Part shown: piece after piece, positions 17,487 through 26,309 of the stretch
How positions within the stretch are numbered: position 1 is the stretch's first letter
How the letters are laid out: each line of letters starts with the position of its first letter
Source: Gemmatimonadaceae bacterium
GTDB taxonomy: Bacteria > Gemmatimonadota > Gemmatimonadetes > Gemmatimonadales > Gemmatimonadaceae
Assembly: GCA_033763905.1 (NCBI GenBank)
Contig: JANRJP010000007.1
Span: forward strand, 1 to 32,522
DNA: 32,522 nucleotides
Direction: 5' to 3'
The notes under the pieces: model-generated
What the model was told of the DNA's origin: nothing
Seen by the model: the letters and a program-made list of their open reading frames with translations, nothing else
Databases searched by the model: none
Made by a program: the position numbers and the translations under genes

Positions 17487-18505
17487 CGGCCGCCCTCCGC
17501 GAACTGTGCGTGGAAGCGGACATCGCTGTCGTACAGCAAGCGGATATCGGGAATGCCGTGGCGCGACATCGCGATGCGGCCGGGGCCCATCCCGAAGGCC
17601 CAGCCGGTGTAGCGTTCGCTGTCCAGGCCGGCGTTCTCGAGCACGGCGGGATGCATCAGGCCGCAGCCGAGGATCTCCACCCAGCGCGACCCCTTGCCGT
17701 CGCCGAGGTCGATTTCGACATCCATCTGCGCCGACGGCTCGGTGAACGGAAAGTACGAGGGTCCGAAGCGGACGCGACGCGAATTGCCGTAGAAGCGGCG
17801 CGCGAACTCGGTCAGCGTCGCCTTGAGATCGGCGAAGCCGATGCCTTCGTCGACCGCCATCCCTTCGAGCTGCGCAAAGGCCGGCGCGTGGGTGGCATCG
17901 AAGAAGTCGCGACGGTACACCATCCCCGGCGCCAGAATGCGGATGGGCGGCGCGTACTGCTGCAGCGTGCGCACCTGCACCGGGGACGTGTGCGTGCGAA
18001 GCACGCCGCCGTCCTGCAGGTACAGCGTGTCGTGCATATCCATCGCCGGATGATCCGGCGGGAAGTTGAGCGCGCCGAAGTTGTACCAGTCGCGTTCCGC
18101 CTCGGGGCCGAGCGCAATCGTGAAGCCGAGTTCGCGGAAGATCGCCGCGATTTCGTCGATCACCGCGGTCACCGGATGCCGCGCGCCGATCCAGCGATCG
18201 CGGGCGGGCATCGTGGGGTCGAGGGCCGGGCCACGACGTGCCGCCGCCGCGAGCGTGGCGGCTTGGGCGTCCAGCGCGGCCTCGAGCGCCTGCTTGACGC
18301 GATTGACCGCGGCGCCGGCCTCGCGCCGCTGCTCAGCGGGCAGGGACGGCAGCGCCTGCATCAGGGCGGTCAGGCGGCCACGCTGACGGCCGACCAGTTC
18401 GGCGCGGATGTCGGCGAGCCGCTCGTCGGAGTCGGCAGACTGCACGAGCGCCGCGCCGTCGGCTTCGAGCGCGGCGGCAGCGGCGAGAAACGCGTCGAGG
18501 GTCAC
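17483..18505 (-). CDS. pheS: Phenylalanyl-tRNA synthetase alpha subunit
   Basis: NFGALNFPPDHPAMDMHDT, LRTHTSPVQ, YRRD..DATH, SYFPFTEPS, EILGCG, GWAFGMG. GTG start. Confidence 0.98.
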   Translation of the reverse strand: MTLDAFLAAAAALEADGAALVQSADSDERLADIRAELVGRQRGRLTALMQALPSLPAEQRREAGAAVNRVKQALEAALDAQAATLAAAARRGPALDPTMPARDRWIGARHPVTAVIDEIAAIFRELGFTIALGPEAERDWYNFGALNFPPDHPAMDMHDTLYLQDGGVLRTHTSPVQVRTLQQYAPPIRILAPGMVYRRDFFDATHAPAFAQLEGMAVDEGIGFADLKATLTEFARRFYGNSRRVRFGPSYFPFTEPSAQMDVEIDLGDGKGSRWVEILGCGLMHPAVLENAGLDSERYTGWAFGMGPGRIAMSRHGIPDIRLLYDSDVRFHAQFAEGGR

Positions 18506-18524
18506 GAACGCGAAGGGATCACGG

Positions 18525-18573
18525 GGGGAGACAGGAAGCGGCCGCGGCGCTGAGTGCGCGCGCGGCCGCTCCG
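18525..18573 (-). terminator. Strong hairpin after rplT; possible terminator or processing site
   Basis: AGCGGCCGCG/CGCGGCCGCT 10-bp stem (18537-18570) with inner GCGC/GCGC, followed on the minus strand by a pyrimidine-rich but not poly-U tail. Confidence 0.45.
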
Positions 18574-18595
18574 GGACACGGGAGACGAGCCTGCT

Positions 18596-18958
18596 TTACG
18601 CAGCCGCGAGCGCCGCGCGCGCCTTCTCGGCGAGCTGGGCGAACGCCGCCGCATCGTTCACGGCGAGCTCGGCGAGCACCTTGCGGTCCACTTCGATGCC
18701 GGCCTTGCCGAGCCCGAAGATGAACTGGTTGTAGTTGAGGCCGTTGATGTGGGCGGCCGCGTTGATGCGGACGATCCACAGGCGACGGAACTCACGCTTC
18801 TTGTTCTTGCGGTCCCGATAGGCGTAGCGCCAGGCGCGCTCCACCGACTCCTTGGCGGGCCCCCAGAGCTTGCTGCGCGCGCCAAAGTAGCCGCGAGCGG
18901 CCTTCATCACCTGCTTCTTGCGCTTGAGACGCGCAACGTTGCTGCGAACGCGTGGCAT
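18596..18958 (-). CDS. rplT: 50S ribosomal protein L20
   Basis: [47 protein letters not shown]. Confidence 0.99.
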   Translation of the reverse strand: MPRVRSNVARLKRKKQVMKAARGYFGARSKLWGPAKESVERAWRYAYRDRKNKKREFRRLWIVRINAAAHINGLNYNQFIFGLGKAGIEVDRKVLAELAVNDAAAFAQLAEKARAALAAA

Positions 18959-18971
18959 AGTCGGCTCCTCC

Positions 18972-19172
18972 TTACTGGGCGAGGATGAGGCGCTTCAACA
19001 TCTTCGCCTCGCCCGGGGTGGCGACGGTCGTCGGGCGGCGGAGATTCCGCTTCCGCTTCGACGTCTTCTTGGTCAGGATGTGGCTCTTGCCCGCCTTGAG
19101 ACGACGGACCTTGCCCGTGCCCGTGGTGGTGAACCGCTTGGTTGCGCCCTTGTGGGGCTTCATCTTCGGCAT
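18972..19172 (-). CDS. rpmI: 50S ribosomal protein L35
   Basis: [34 protein letters not shown]. Confidence 0.99.
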   Translation of the reverse strand: MPKMKPHKGATKRFTTTGTGKVRRLKAGKSHILTKKTSKRKRNLRRPTTVATPGEAKMLKRLILAQ

Positions 19173-19186
19173 ACTGGCTCCTTACC

Positions 19187-19702
19187 TCACTTCGGCGTGA
19201 GGATCATCGTCATCGCCTTCCCTTCGAGCCGAGCATCGGTCTCGACCTTGGCGAGATCCTGCAACTCGGCTGCGACCCGCTGCACGACCGCGCGCCCCAA
19301 CTCGGGGTGCGCAATCTGTCGGCCGCGGAACATCAACGTCACCTTCACCTTGTTGCCTTCCTCGAGAAACCGGCGGGCGTGCCGCGTCTTCGTGTCGAAG
19401 TCGTGGTCGTCGATGTTGGGGCGGAACTTCACCTCCTTCAACTCGATCACGTGCTGCTTCTTCTTCGCCACGCGCGCCTGCTTCGCCTGTTCGAACTTGT
19501 ACTTCCCGTAGTCCATAATGCGGACGACCGGGGGCCGGGCGAGCGGAGCGACCTCGACCAAGTCGAGGCCCTGCTCTTCAGCCATCTTGAGGGCGATATC
19601 GGTGTCGATGATGCCCAGCTGAGCACCGTCGGCCGCAATCACCCGCACGGGGCTCAGGCGAATCTGGCGGTTGACGCGAATGCGCTTCGTCGGGTCCTGA
19701 AT
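19187..19702 (-). CDS. infC: Translation initiation factor IF-3, non-canonical ATT start
   Basis: RVNRQIR..VRVI, GLDLVEVAP..PPVVRIMDYGKYKFE, KEVKFRP, KVKVTLMFRGRQ. In-frame ATT at 19702 is preceded by the SD GAGGAG. Confidence 0.96.
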   Translation of the reverse strand: MQDPTKRIRVNRQIRLSPVRVIAADGAQLGIIDTDIALKMAEEQGLDLVEVAPLARPPVVRIMDYGKYKFEQAKQARVAKKKQHVIELKEVKFRPNIDDHDFDTKTRHARRFLEEGNKVKVTLMFRGRQIAHPELGRAVVQRVAAELQDLAKVETDARLEGKAMTMILTPK

Positions 19703-19884
19703 GGGGCAAACTCCTCTGACAGAGAAACAAAAACGCGGACTCGGGTGGAGTCCGCGCAAACAAGCCGACGGCCTGATTCCCAGAGGAACCGGCGTCGTTC
19801 GATTACAGGGACTCCGTGGCGCGCCGAACACGCGGCGGCTCAGGAGTGGGGCGGATGCTCTCGCCCACTTTGGGCCAAGTTGTT
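19703..19884 (-). promoter_or_regulatory. Structured 5' leader of infC-rpmI-rplT, candidate L20-responsive element
   Basis: Several hairpins (19845-19869, 19766-19797), a terminator, and a segment able to pair as an antiterminator. Lies between a clear promoter and infC. Confidence 0.6.
19725..19757 (-). terminator. Intrinsic terminator inside the infC leader (attenuator)
   Basis: Minus strand CGCGGACTC-CACCC-GAGTCCGCG followed by TTTTTGTTT, just upstream of the infC SD. Confidence 0.85.
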
Positions 19885-19890
19885 GAATGA

Positions 19891-19919
19891 AGAGTACTTG
19901 GGCCTTCTCAACGAGTCAA
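19891..19919 (-). promoter_or_regulatory. Sigma70-type promoter for the infC operon
   Basis: TTGACT (19919-19914), 17-nt spacer, TACTCT (19896-19891), within an AT-richer patch. Confidence 0.75.
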
Positions 19920-19928
19920 GTCGGCCCC

Positions 19929-20804
19929 TCAGACGGCGGCCAGACCATACCCCTTCTCGCCGTGGGACACCCGACCGAACGACGTATGCGCGTCGTGCTC
20001 GAACACGACCGTCCACCCCTCCTCCGCCGCCTCGCGCAGCAGCCACCGCTTGCTCTCCAGCGTCACCAGCGGCTCGACGTCGTAGCCCATAATCCACGGC
20101 AACGGCAGATGGTGCGCGGTGGGCACCACATCACCCAGGAAGCACAGGGTCTCGCCCCCGCTCTGGAGCAGCACACTCTGGTGGTGCGGCACGTGCCCCG
20201 GCGTCGGCAACACCGTCACCCCGGGAAGGATCATCGTTTTCCCCGTCACCAGATCCAGTCGCTCGTCTTCGAACAACGGCACGAAGTTCGGCGCGAAGTA
20301 GCTCGCCGCCGTCCGTTCGTTGGTGTGGGTCGCGTAGAGATATTCGCCCAGCTGCACGACGTACGTCGCGTTCGGGAACGTGGGGCGCACCGTGTCCCCG
20401 TCGCGCACCGTGTTGCCTCCCGCGTGGTCGAAATGCAGGTGGGTGTTGATCACCCACTGCACGTCCGCCGGATCGTGCCCCGCCTGCCGGATCCCGTCTT
20501 CGAGCGCGGTGCTCCCGTCGCGGCGGGCGTTCTCGATGCCGTAGATGTCGTAGAACTTCTCCGGCTCCTTGTTGCCCGCCCCCGTGTCGAGCAGCACCAA
20601 GCCGAGATCGTGTTCGATCAGCAAACAGCGCATCCCCATCGGAATGCGGTTGCGGGGATCGGCCGCGATCTTCCGCTCCCACAACGGCTTCGGCACGACC
20701 CCGAACATCGCGCCGCCGTCCAACTGCTGGCCACCGGCCTGAATGGCGTGAACGCGCCAGCGGCCGAACTGTCGGGTCTCGAGCAACGGATCTGGGGAAG
20801 CCAT
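19929..20804 (-). CDS. Metallo-beta-lactamase-fold hydrolase, YtnP-like
   Basis: LDGGAMFGVVPKPLW, LLDTG, THLHFDHAGG, TPGHVPHHQ, GD, WIMGYD, FEHD. Confidence 0.9.
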   Translation of the reverse strand: MASPDPLLETRQFGRWRVHAIQAGGQQLDGGAMFGVVPKPLWERKIAADPRNRIPMGMRCLLIEHDLGLVLLDTGAGNKEPEKFYDIYGIENARRDGSTALEDGIRQAGHDPADVQWVINTHLHFDHAGGNTVRDGDTVRPTFPNATYVVQLGEYLYATHTNERTAASYFAPNFVPLFEDERLDLVTGKTMILPGVTVLPTPGHVPHHQSVLLQSGGETLCFLGDVVPTAHHLPLPWIMGYDVEPLVTLESKRWLLREAAEEGWTVVFEHDAHTSFGRVSHGEKGYGLAAV

Positions 20805-20807
20805 ACG

Positions 20808-21470
20808 TCAGGCGAAGTGATCGAAGGAATCGAGGTCCATCGGGCGCGGCATCCGCGACCGCGTGCGGCGCGCCGATGACGTTCCACTGGTGAGTAACGC
20901 CTGCAGGGCGCCCCAAGTTGCCACGCCGTCGCGCGCGGCATCGGCGAGCAACAACTGCAGCACCTCGGCGGTCGCCAAGGCATCCCCATCGGCTCGGTGT
21001 CGCCCGGTGATCCGCACCCGGTAGTGCGCCGTGACGTGGTCGAGGGAACGCCGGGGCAGAAACGGCAACACCCGCCGAGCGAGCTTGACCGTGCACAGCT
21101 GGGGGCGCTCCGGCACACCGACCCCGCAGCGCTCCAGCTCCGCCGTGACGAAGCTCCAGTCGAACTGTGCGTTGTGCGCGACGAAAATCCGCCCGTCCAA
21201 CGCGGCGGCGACGTCGTCGGCGATGGCCGCGAACTCGGGGGCGCGGGCCACCATCGCATCGGTGATACCGGTCAGCTCGGAGATGCGCCCCGGAATGAAG
21301 CGGCGCGGATTCACCAGCGTATGCAGCACCGGCTGAATCGCGTCCCCATCGACCGCCACCGCGGCAAACTCGGTCACGCGATCGTCCTCGCGGGCCCGCA
21401 TCCCGGTCGTTTCGACGTCCACGACGAGATACCGCAACGACGCGAGGGGAGTCTCAGCGGATGGCATCAC
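20808..21470 (-). CDS. Stand-alone DEDDh 3'-5' exonuclease (DnaQ/PolC exonuclease-like)
   Basis: ExoI VVDVETTG, LTGITDAMV..AP, ExoII VAHNAQFD, ExoIII HRADGDA. The start is GTG 21470 or ATG 21467. Confidence 0.92.
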   Translation of the reverse strand: MMPSAETPLASLRYLVVDVETTGMRAREDDRVTEFAAVAVDGDAIQPVLHTLVNPRRFIPGRISELTGITDAMVARAPEFAAIADDVAAALDGRIFVAHNAQFDWSFVTAELERCGVGVPERPQLCTVKLARRVLPFLPRRSLDHVTAHYRVRITGRHRADGDALATAEVLQLLLADAARDGVATWGALQALLTSGTSSARRTRSRMPRPMDLDSFDHFA

Positions 21471-21523
21471 CCGTCCAACGTAGCAGGGGCGACAAGCGCC
21501 GCGCGCCGTGCCAGATTGCGGGG

Positions 21524-22147
21524 GTGAAGACCGCAGGGGAACCCGCGATCCGGCGCCTGTCGCTCTACCTCCGGCATCTCGACGATGCCGGCGATGCCCT
21601 CGACGCGACCATTTCGAGCGACGCGCTTGCCCAGTATGCCGGCACGACGCCGGCCCAGGTCCGGAAGGACCTGTCCCGCTTTGGGAGCTTCGGCGTCCGC
21701 GGCCGCGGGTACGGCGTGCCGGCCCTGCGCAAACACCTGCGACAGATTCTCGGCCTCGAGCGGGAATGGCGGGTCGTGATCGTCGGCGCGGGCAAGATCG
21801 GCGCGGCGCTGGCGCAGTATCCCGGCTTCGCGGACCGGGGCTTCAAGGTCGTCGGGGTCTATGACGACGACCCGTCCAAAGTGGGGGCCCGCTGGGGCGA
21901 TGTGCGGGTGTCGTCCCCGCGCAGCCTGGCCGCCGACGTCGCCCGCCTCGGCGCAGAGATCGCCGTGCTCGCGGTGCCGGCGGCTGCGGCGCAACCCGTG
22001 CTGGATGCGCTCGCCGCGGCAGGCATTCGCGCCGTGCTCAACTTCGCGCCCGTGCCGCTGCGGGCTGTGGATGGCATCGCCTTGCAGAACGTCAATATGG
22101 CGGCAGAGCTGGAAACGCTCGCCTACACGCTCGCGCGCGCGACCTGA
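21524..22147 (+). CDS. rex: Redox-sensing transcriptional repressor Rex
   Basis: RRLSLY, ISSDALA, QVRKDLSRFGSFGVRGRGY, Rossmann GAGKIGAAL, AVLNFAP. GTG start at 21524. Confidence 0.96.
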   Translation: MKTAGEPAIRRLSLYLRHLDDAGDALDATISSDALAQYAGTTPAQVRKDLSRFGSFGVRGRGYGVPALRKHLRQILGLEREWRVVIVGAGKIGAALAQYPGFADRGFKVVGVYDDDPSKVGARWGDVRVSSPRSLAADVARLGAEIAVLAVPAAAAQPVLDALAAAGIRAVLNFAPVPLRAVDGIALQNVNMAAELETLAYTLARAT

Positions 22148-22935
22148 ACGGCACGGTACAGCGAGACCAGCTGCTCCGGCGGCAGCGTCTCGGCGCGCAC
22201 GGCAGGCGCGAGTCCGACCTCGGCCAGCACGGTGGCGGCGCGATCCGCCGACAAGTCGGTGACCTCGCGCACGGCGCGCAGCAACTGTTTGCGGCGCTGT
22301 CCGAACAACGCGATGACGAAGCGCTGAAAGCCGTGCTCTTCGTCGGGACGGACCAGCGGATCGGCGCGCGGGGTCACCAGCAGCACGGCGCTGTCAACCT
22401 TGGGCGGCGGACGAAACGCACCGGCCGACACCACGAAGAGGCGCGTCGCGTGGGCCAGCGCCTGCACGTTGACACTCAACGCTCCGTAGTCGTCGTGCCC
22501 CGCCGGCGCGACGACGCGGTCGGCGACTTCCTTCTGCACGAGGTACACGGCGCGGGAGGGCCGCGGCGCGCGCAGCGCGTGAAAGAGGATCGGCGTCGTG
22601 ATGTAGTACGGCACGTTGCCGGCCAGCAGAAACGGCCCACCCGCTTCCGCGGCCAGATCGACATCGAGCACATCGGCTTCCACGATGCGCACGTGCGGCT
22701 GCGCAGCGTACCGCGCCCGAAGTCTCGGCACCAAGTCACGATCCAACTCGATCGCGATGACGCGGCCGGCACGTGACGCGAGTCGGTCGGTGAGGACGCC
22801 TTCGCCCGGCCCGACCTCGATGACGGTATCGTCCGGTCCTGCCCCGACCGCGTCGGCGATCCGGTCGAGCACGTGCGGATCGCGGAGGAAGTGTTGCCCG
22901 AGCCGTTTCTTGGGACGCACGCGTTCGTCGGTCAC
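22123..22935 (-). CDS. rsmA: 16S rRNA m6,2A1518/1519 dimethyltransferase
   Basis: KKRLGQHFL, VIEVGPGEGVLT, IELDRDL, GNVPYYITTPIL, QKEVADR, FRPPPKVDSAV, FGQRRKQL. Confidence 0.97.
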   Translation of the reverse strand: MTDERVRPKKRLGQHFLRDPHVLDRIADAVGAGPDDTVIEVGPGEGVLTDRLASRAGRVIAIELDRDLVPRLRARYAAQPHVRIVEADVLDVDLAAEAGGPFLLAGNVPYYITTPILFHALRAPRPSRAVYLVQKEVADRVVAPAGHDDYGALSVNVQALAHATRLFVVSAGAFRPPPKVDSAVLLVTPRADPLVRPDEEHGFQRFVIALFGQRRKQLLRAVREVTDLSADRAATVLAEVGLAPAVRAETLPPEQLVSLYRAVQVARASV

Positions 22936-24521
22936 GTCCGCACCACGACGAGCGTGAGATCATCGGTGCCGGCGGCATCGCCGGCGTGTCGACGCACCGC
23001 ATCGAAGACGCGATCAACGATCATCGCGGGCGGATCCGCGCGATGCTTCGCGATCAGCGCCAGCAGCTTCTGTTCCCCGAACTTCTGCCCCTTTCGGTTG
23101 CGCGCATCGGGCAGGCCGTCGGTGAACAGCACCAGCAGATCGCCCGCCGCGCCGTCGGGCGCCGTTGGCACCCAGCGGCTGTGGGCCGCTGGCGGCGCGG
23201 CCATCGCCATCCCCAGCGGCGCTGCGGTGGCGTCGAGCCGGTGGGCCGAGCCAGCAGCGTCGAGCCGAAACGCGTGCGGATGTCCGGCGTTCGCCCAGTG
23301 CAGCTGCCCCGCCGCCGGATCGAGGACGGTATAGCAGGCGGTGAGAAACATCTCGGTTTGCTCGAGTTCGTCAGCGAGCGACTCGCCGAGCGCGCCGAGC
23401 ACGGCGCCGGGGTCCGATCCCTGCTGGGCGTGGATCGCCGCGGCCGACAGCGCCAGCGCCATAATCATCGCCGCGCGGTAGCCGTGCCCCGACACATCAC
23501 CGATCATCACCCCGGTGCGCCCCGCTTCCAGTCGGAAGAGGTGATAGAAGTCGCCGCCGACGCTCTCCGCCGGCACAACGCGCGCGGCGGCGCTCGCGTG
23601 CGGCGCCACCACCTGCGGCTTCGGCAGCAACTTCATCTGCAGGTCGTGCGCCAACTGCATCTCGCGTGCGAACTCGCGGCGGTCGGTCGAGTCCCGCACC
23701 AACGCGGCGTTCTGCATCGCGATGCCGACCTGCGCGGCGACCGCGGCCACAAGTGACGTCTCGGCGGGCGTGAAGGCCTGCCCGCCGCGCCGCGCCGACA
23801 GCGCCACCACACCGAGCGGCTGCCCCTGCCCACCGCCGGCCCACACCACCGGCACGAGCAGCATCGCGCCGTCGCGTAGCGCCGCCTCGGTATCCGAGAC
23901 CGGGTCGTCCGGACCGACGTGCACCGCGCTGCGATCACGAAACGCCCGCGCCGCCGGCGAGAAGAGATCCGCCGCGTTGAGGACCGGCACGTCGTCTCGG
24001 GCAACGCCGACGGCGGCCAGGCTCGAGAGCCGGTCGCTCGCGGCATCGTGCGACAGCACGACGCCGATGCGCGCGCCCACGGCCTCGCAGATCGCGCGCA
24101 GGATCAGTTGCGCCGTTTCATCGACCTTGACCGTTCGACCGAGGATCTCGGCGGCCGTGTGCAACAAGTCGATCTCGACGTAGCGCTCGGCAAGTTCGCG
24201 CGCGGTGCGGCCTTCGAGATCTTCACGGCGTCGCCACTGGGCACACAGCGGCGCGAGGAACCGGCCCCATCGCTCGGCCGTCCCGGCACTCCCACCCCCC
24301 TGCACCGCGACCCAACCGCGACGAGCGCCACCGAACGGGACCACCGCGACACCGCCCGGCAACTCGGCGTGGAACGGTGCCGCCGGTAGTGCGGTGTCCG
24401 GCGCGGGGAGCGGCACGTCGCCCGCCACCAGCGTCAGGGGGCCGTCCACCGCCTCCCAGACTGCCGCCGCGCATCCCGTGGCTTCACGGAAGGCGGCGAG
24501 GACCGCCGCCAGCCCGGTCAC
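22932..24521 (-). CDS. GAF-domain PP2C (SpoIIE/RsbU-type) serine phosphatase
   Basis: Degenerate N-terminal sensor, then a GAF domain (LSAR..FTPAE..), coiled linker LAHDLQMKLLP, and PP2C motifs VGGDFY, IGDVSGHG, ANAGHP, FTDGL, DDLT. The GTG start overlaps the upstream stop. Confidence 0.92.
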   Translation of the reverse strand: MTGLAAVLAAFREATGCAAAVWEAVDGPLTLVAGDVPLPAPDTALPAAPFHAELPGGVAVVPFGGARRGWVAVQGGGSAGTAERWGRFLAPLCAQWRRREDLEGRTARELAERYVEIDLLHTAAEILGRTVKVDETAQLILRAICEAVGARIGVVLSHDAASDRLSSLAAVGVARDDVPVLNAADLFSPAARAFRDRSAVHVGPDDPVSDTEAALRDGAMLLVPVVWAGGGQGQPLGVVALSARRGGQAFTPAETSLVAAVAAQVGIAMQNAALVRDSTDRREFAREMQLAHDLQMKLLPKPQVVAPHASAAARVVPAESVGGDFYHLFRLEAGRTGVMIGDVSGHGYRAAMIMALALSAAAIHAQQGSDPGAVLGALGESLADELEQTEMFLTACYTVLDPAAGQLHWANAGHPHAFRLDAAGSAHRLDATAAPLGMAMAAPPAAHSRWVPTAPDGAAGDLLVLFTDGLPDARNRKGQKFGEQKLLALIAKHRADPPAMIVDRVFDAVRRHAGDAAGTDDLTLVVVRT

Positions 24522-24931
24522 GCGCGGTGGAGCGTCAAGCGCACGACCGACCCGCCGACCGAGGTGCACTCCAAGCCGTCGGTCAGCGCCTGCATCAGAA
24601 AAAGCCCGCGACCGTCCTCGCGCTCGACGCGATCGGGGGTCGTCGGATCGTGCAGACAGTCGGCGAGATTGAACCCCGGCCCCTCATCGTGCACCTCGAG
24701 GATCACCGCCGTGTCGCTGACGCAGGCGCGGACCCGGACGCGCTTGGACATATCCTCCGCGTTCCCGTACCGGATGGCGTTCGCCAAGGCTTCGGAGAGC
24801 GCGACCGGCAGCTGCAACGACAGCGCGCGCGGCGGTAGCGCGAGATCCGCACAGGTGCGAGTGACTTCGGAGACGACGCCTTCGATCCGGCCCAGGTCGC
24901 TCGGAATCTCGAGCTCCAGCGCCACCCGCAT
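24518..24931 (-). CDS. RsbW-type anti-sigma factor / serine kinase (HATPase_c_2)
   Basis: N box SEALANAIRYGN, G1 VHDEGPGF, G2 GRGLFLM; 137 aa, stand-alone. Confidence 0.9.
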   Translation of the reverse strand: MRVALELEIPSDLGRIEGVVSEVTRTCADLALPPRALSLQLPVALSEALANAIRYGNAEDMSKRVRVRACVSDTAVILEVHDEGPGFNLADCLHDPTTPDRVEREDGRGLFLMQALTDGLECTSVGGSVVRLTLHRA

Positions 24932-24951
24932 CGGCGTCTCTCCGGCGCGCG

Positions 24952-25284
24952 TCAGAAGGACTCCAGCGCCCGCTCGCGGGAATCCGCGATCTCGAAGAGC
25001 GTATCGAGCTTCGTCAGCTCGAAGAGCGTCCGCAGGTCGTCGTTCAAGTTCGACAAGCGAAGCGCGCCGCCCTGTTCGCGGATCTTCTTCGACAACGACA
25101 CCAGCACACCGAGCCCGGAGCTGTCGATGTACCCGGTCTTGGCGAAGTCCACGAGGAACTTCCGCTCGCCCTTTTCGAGCTCATCGAGCACGCGCTGCTT
25201 GAGCTCCTGCCGGTTGCCGACGATCAGCTGCCCGTCGACATCCACCACGGTGACGTCGCCCTGCTTCTTCAGCACAAAAGTCAT
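24952..25284 (-). CDS. RsbV-type STAS anti-anti-sigma factor
   Basis: 110 aa with phosphoacceptor motif YIDSSGLGVL and LFELTKLD. ATG 25284 has GGAG upstream. Confidence 0.93.
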   Translation of the reverse strand: MTFVLKKQGDVTVVDVDGQLIVGNRQELKQRVLDELEKGERKFLVDFAKTGYIDSSGLGVLVSLSKKIREQGGALRLSNLNDDLRTLFELTKLDTLFEIADSRERALESF

Positions 25285-25307
25285 TCCGGTCTCCAGTCGA
25301 TCGGCGT

Positions 25308-26309
25308 TCAGGCCGCCTGCAGGGCGGTGATCGCCGAAACGTTCACGATGTCCTCGGCGGACGCGCCGCGCGAGAGGTCCGAGCAAGGCTTGGCGAGCCC
25401 CTGCAGAATCGGCCCGACGGCAGCAGCTCGCGCGAGCCGCTCGACGAGCTTGTACGCAATATTGCCGGCATCAAGCGACGGAAAGACCAGCACGTTGGCC
25501 TGCCCCGCCACCGGACTCCCCGGCGCCTTCCGTGCGCCCACCGCGCGAAGCAACGCGGCGTCCGCCTGCAATTCGCCGTCGACGACCAGCGTCGGCGCCG
25601 CCTTCCGAATCAGCGCGAGCGCCTCGGTCACCGCCTTCACCGCCGGTCCCGCCGCCGAGCCATACGTAGAATAGCTCAGGAGCGCCACGCGCGGCTCGTC
25701 CCCCACGATCCGTCGACGGTCCTCGGCAGCCGCCAGCGCGATATCCGCCAACTGGCCCGGCGTGGGCGTCGGCACCACCGCGCAGTCCGTGAACGTGAGG
25801 ACCTCCGCGACATCTCCACGGAACGCTGGCGTCACCATATAAAAAGCACTCGAGACCGTCTGCACCCGGGGCGCCGTCCCCACCAGCCACAGCGCCGCTC
25901 GGATGACGTCGGCCGTCGGATGCACCGCCCCTGCCACGCAGCCGTCCACGTCGCCGTGCCGTACCAGCGCATCGGCGAAGAACAGGGGATCCCGCGCGAA
26001 CACGTCCGCCTGCGGCACGGTCAGCCCCTTGGCGCCGCGCGTCGCGAGCAGATCCGCCACGGTGCGCTCCGTGCGCGAGTCCGTGGCCGGATCGATCCAC
26101 TCGACGCCGGCCGCGTCGGCTGCTGCGCGCGCCCGATCGTGCGAGCCGGGCTCCGCAGGATCGAGCACGAGCACGGGGATCACCACCCGCTCACGGGCCA
26201 GCCGCTGCAGGGCTTCGAGGACGCGCGGGTCGGCACTTTCGGGGAACGCGATCCGCCGAGGCCGCGCCGCAGCGCGCGCGCGGAGCTGCGCCAGGAAATC
26301 CGCACTCAC
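25308..26309 (-). CDS. pta: Phosphate acetyltransferase (short, single-domain form)
   Basis: [86 protein letters not shown]. Confidence 0.92.
   Translation of the reverse strand: MSADFLAQLRARAAARPRRIAFPESADPRVLEALQRLARERVVIPVLVLDPAEPGSHDRARAAADAAGVEWIDPATDSRTERTVADLLATRGAKGLTVPQADVFARDPLFFADALVRHGDVDGCVAGAVHPTADVIRAALWLVGTAPRVQTVSSAFYMVTPAFRGDVAEVLTFTDCAVVPTPTPGQLADIALAAAEDRRRIVGDEPRVALLSYSTYGSAAGPAVKAVTEALALIRKAAPTLVVDGELQADAALLRAVGARKAPGSPVAGQANVLVFPSLDAGNIAYKLVERLARAAAVGPILQGLAKPCSDLSRGASAEDIVNVSAITALQAA

Noticed and set aside
19703..19831. N-terminal extensions in the ORF track for infC, and likewise for nadK, xseB, coaD, rsmD, rsbV, rex and the K+ channel
   Set aside because: The extensions overlap neighbouring genes or RNA structures and lack homology. 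Downstream starts with an SD or a stop/start overlap fit better.
19929..21470. Exonuclease plus MBL hydrolase as an anti-phage or antibiotic-resistance module
   Set aside because: Both are common stand-alone families. The MBL has YtnP-type motifs and no signal peptide, and there is no defence or mobile context.
21471..21523. Rex operator (TTGTGAA-N4-TTCACAA) for autoregulation
   Set aside because: I saw no such AT-rich palindrome upstream of rex or elsewhere by eye.
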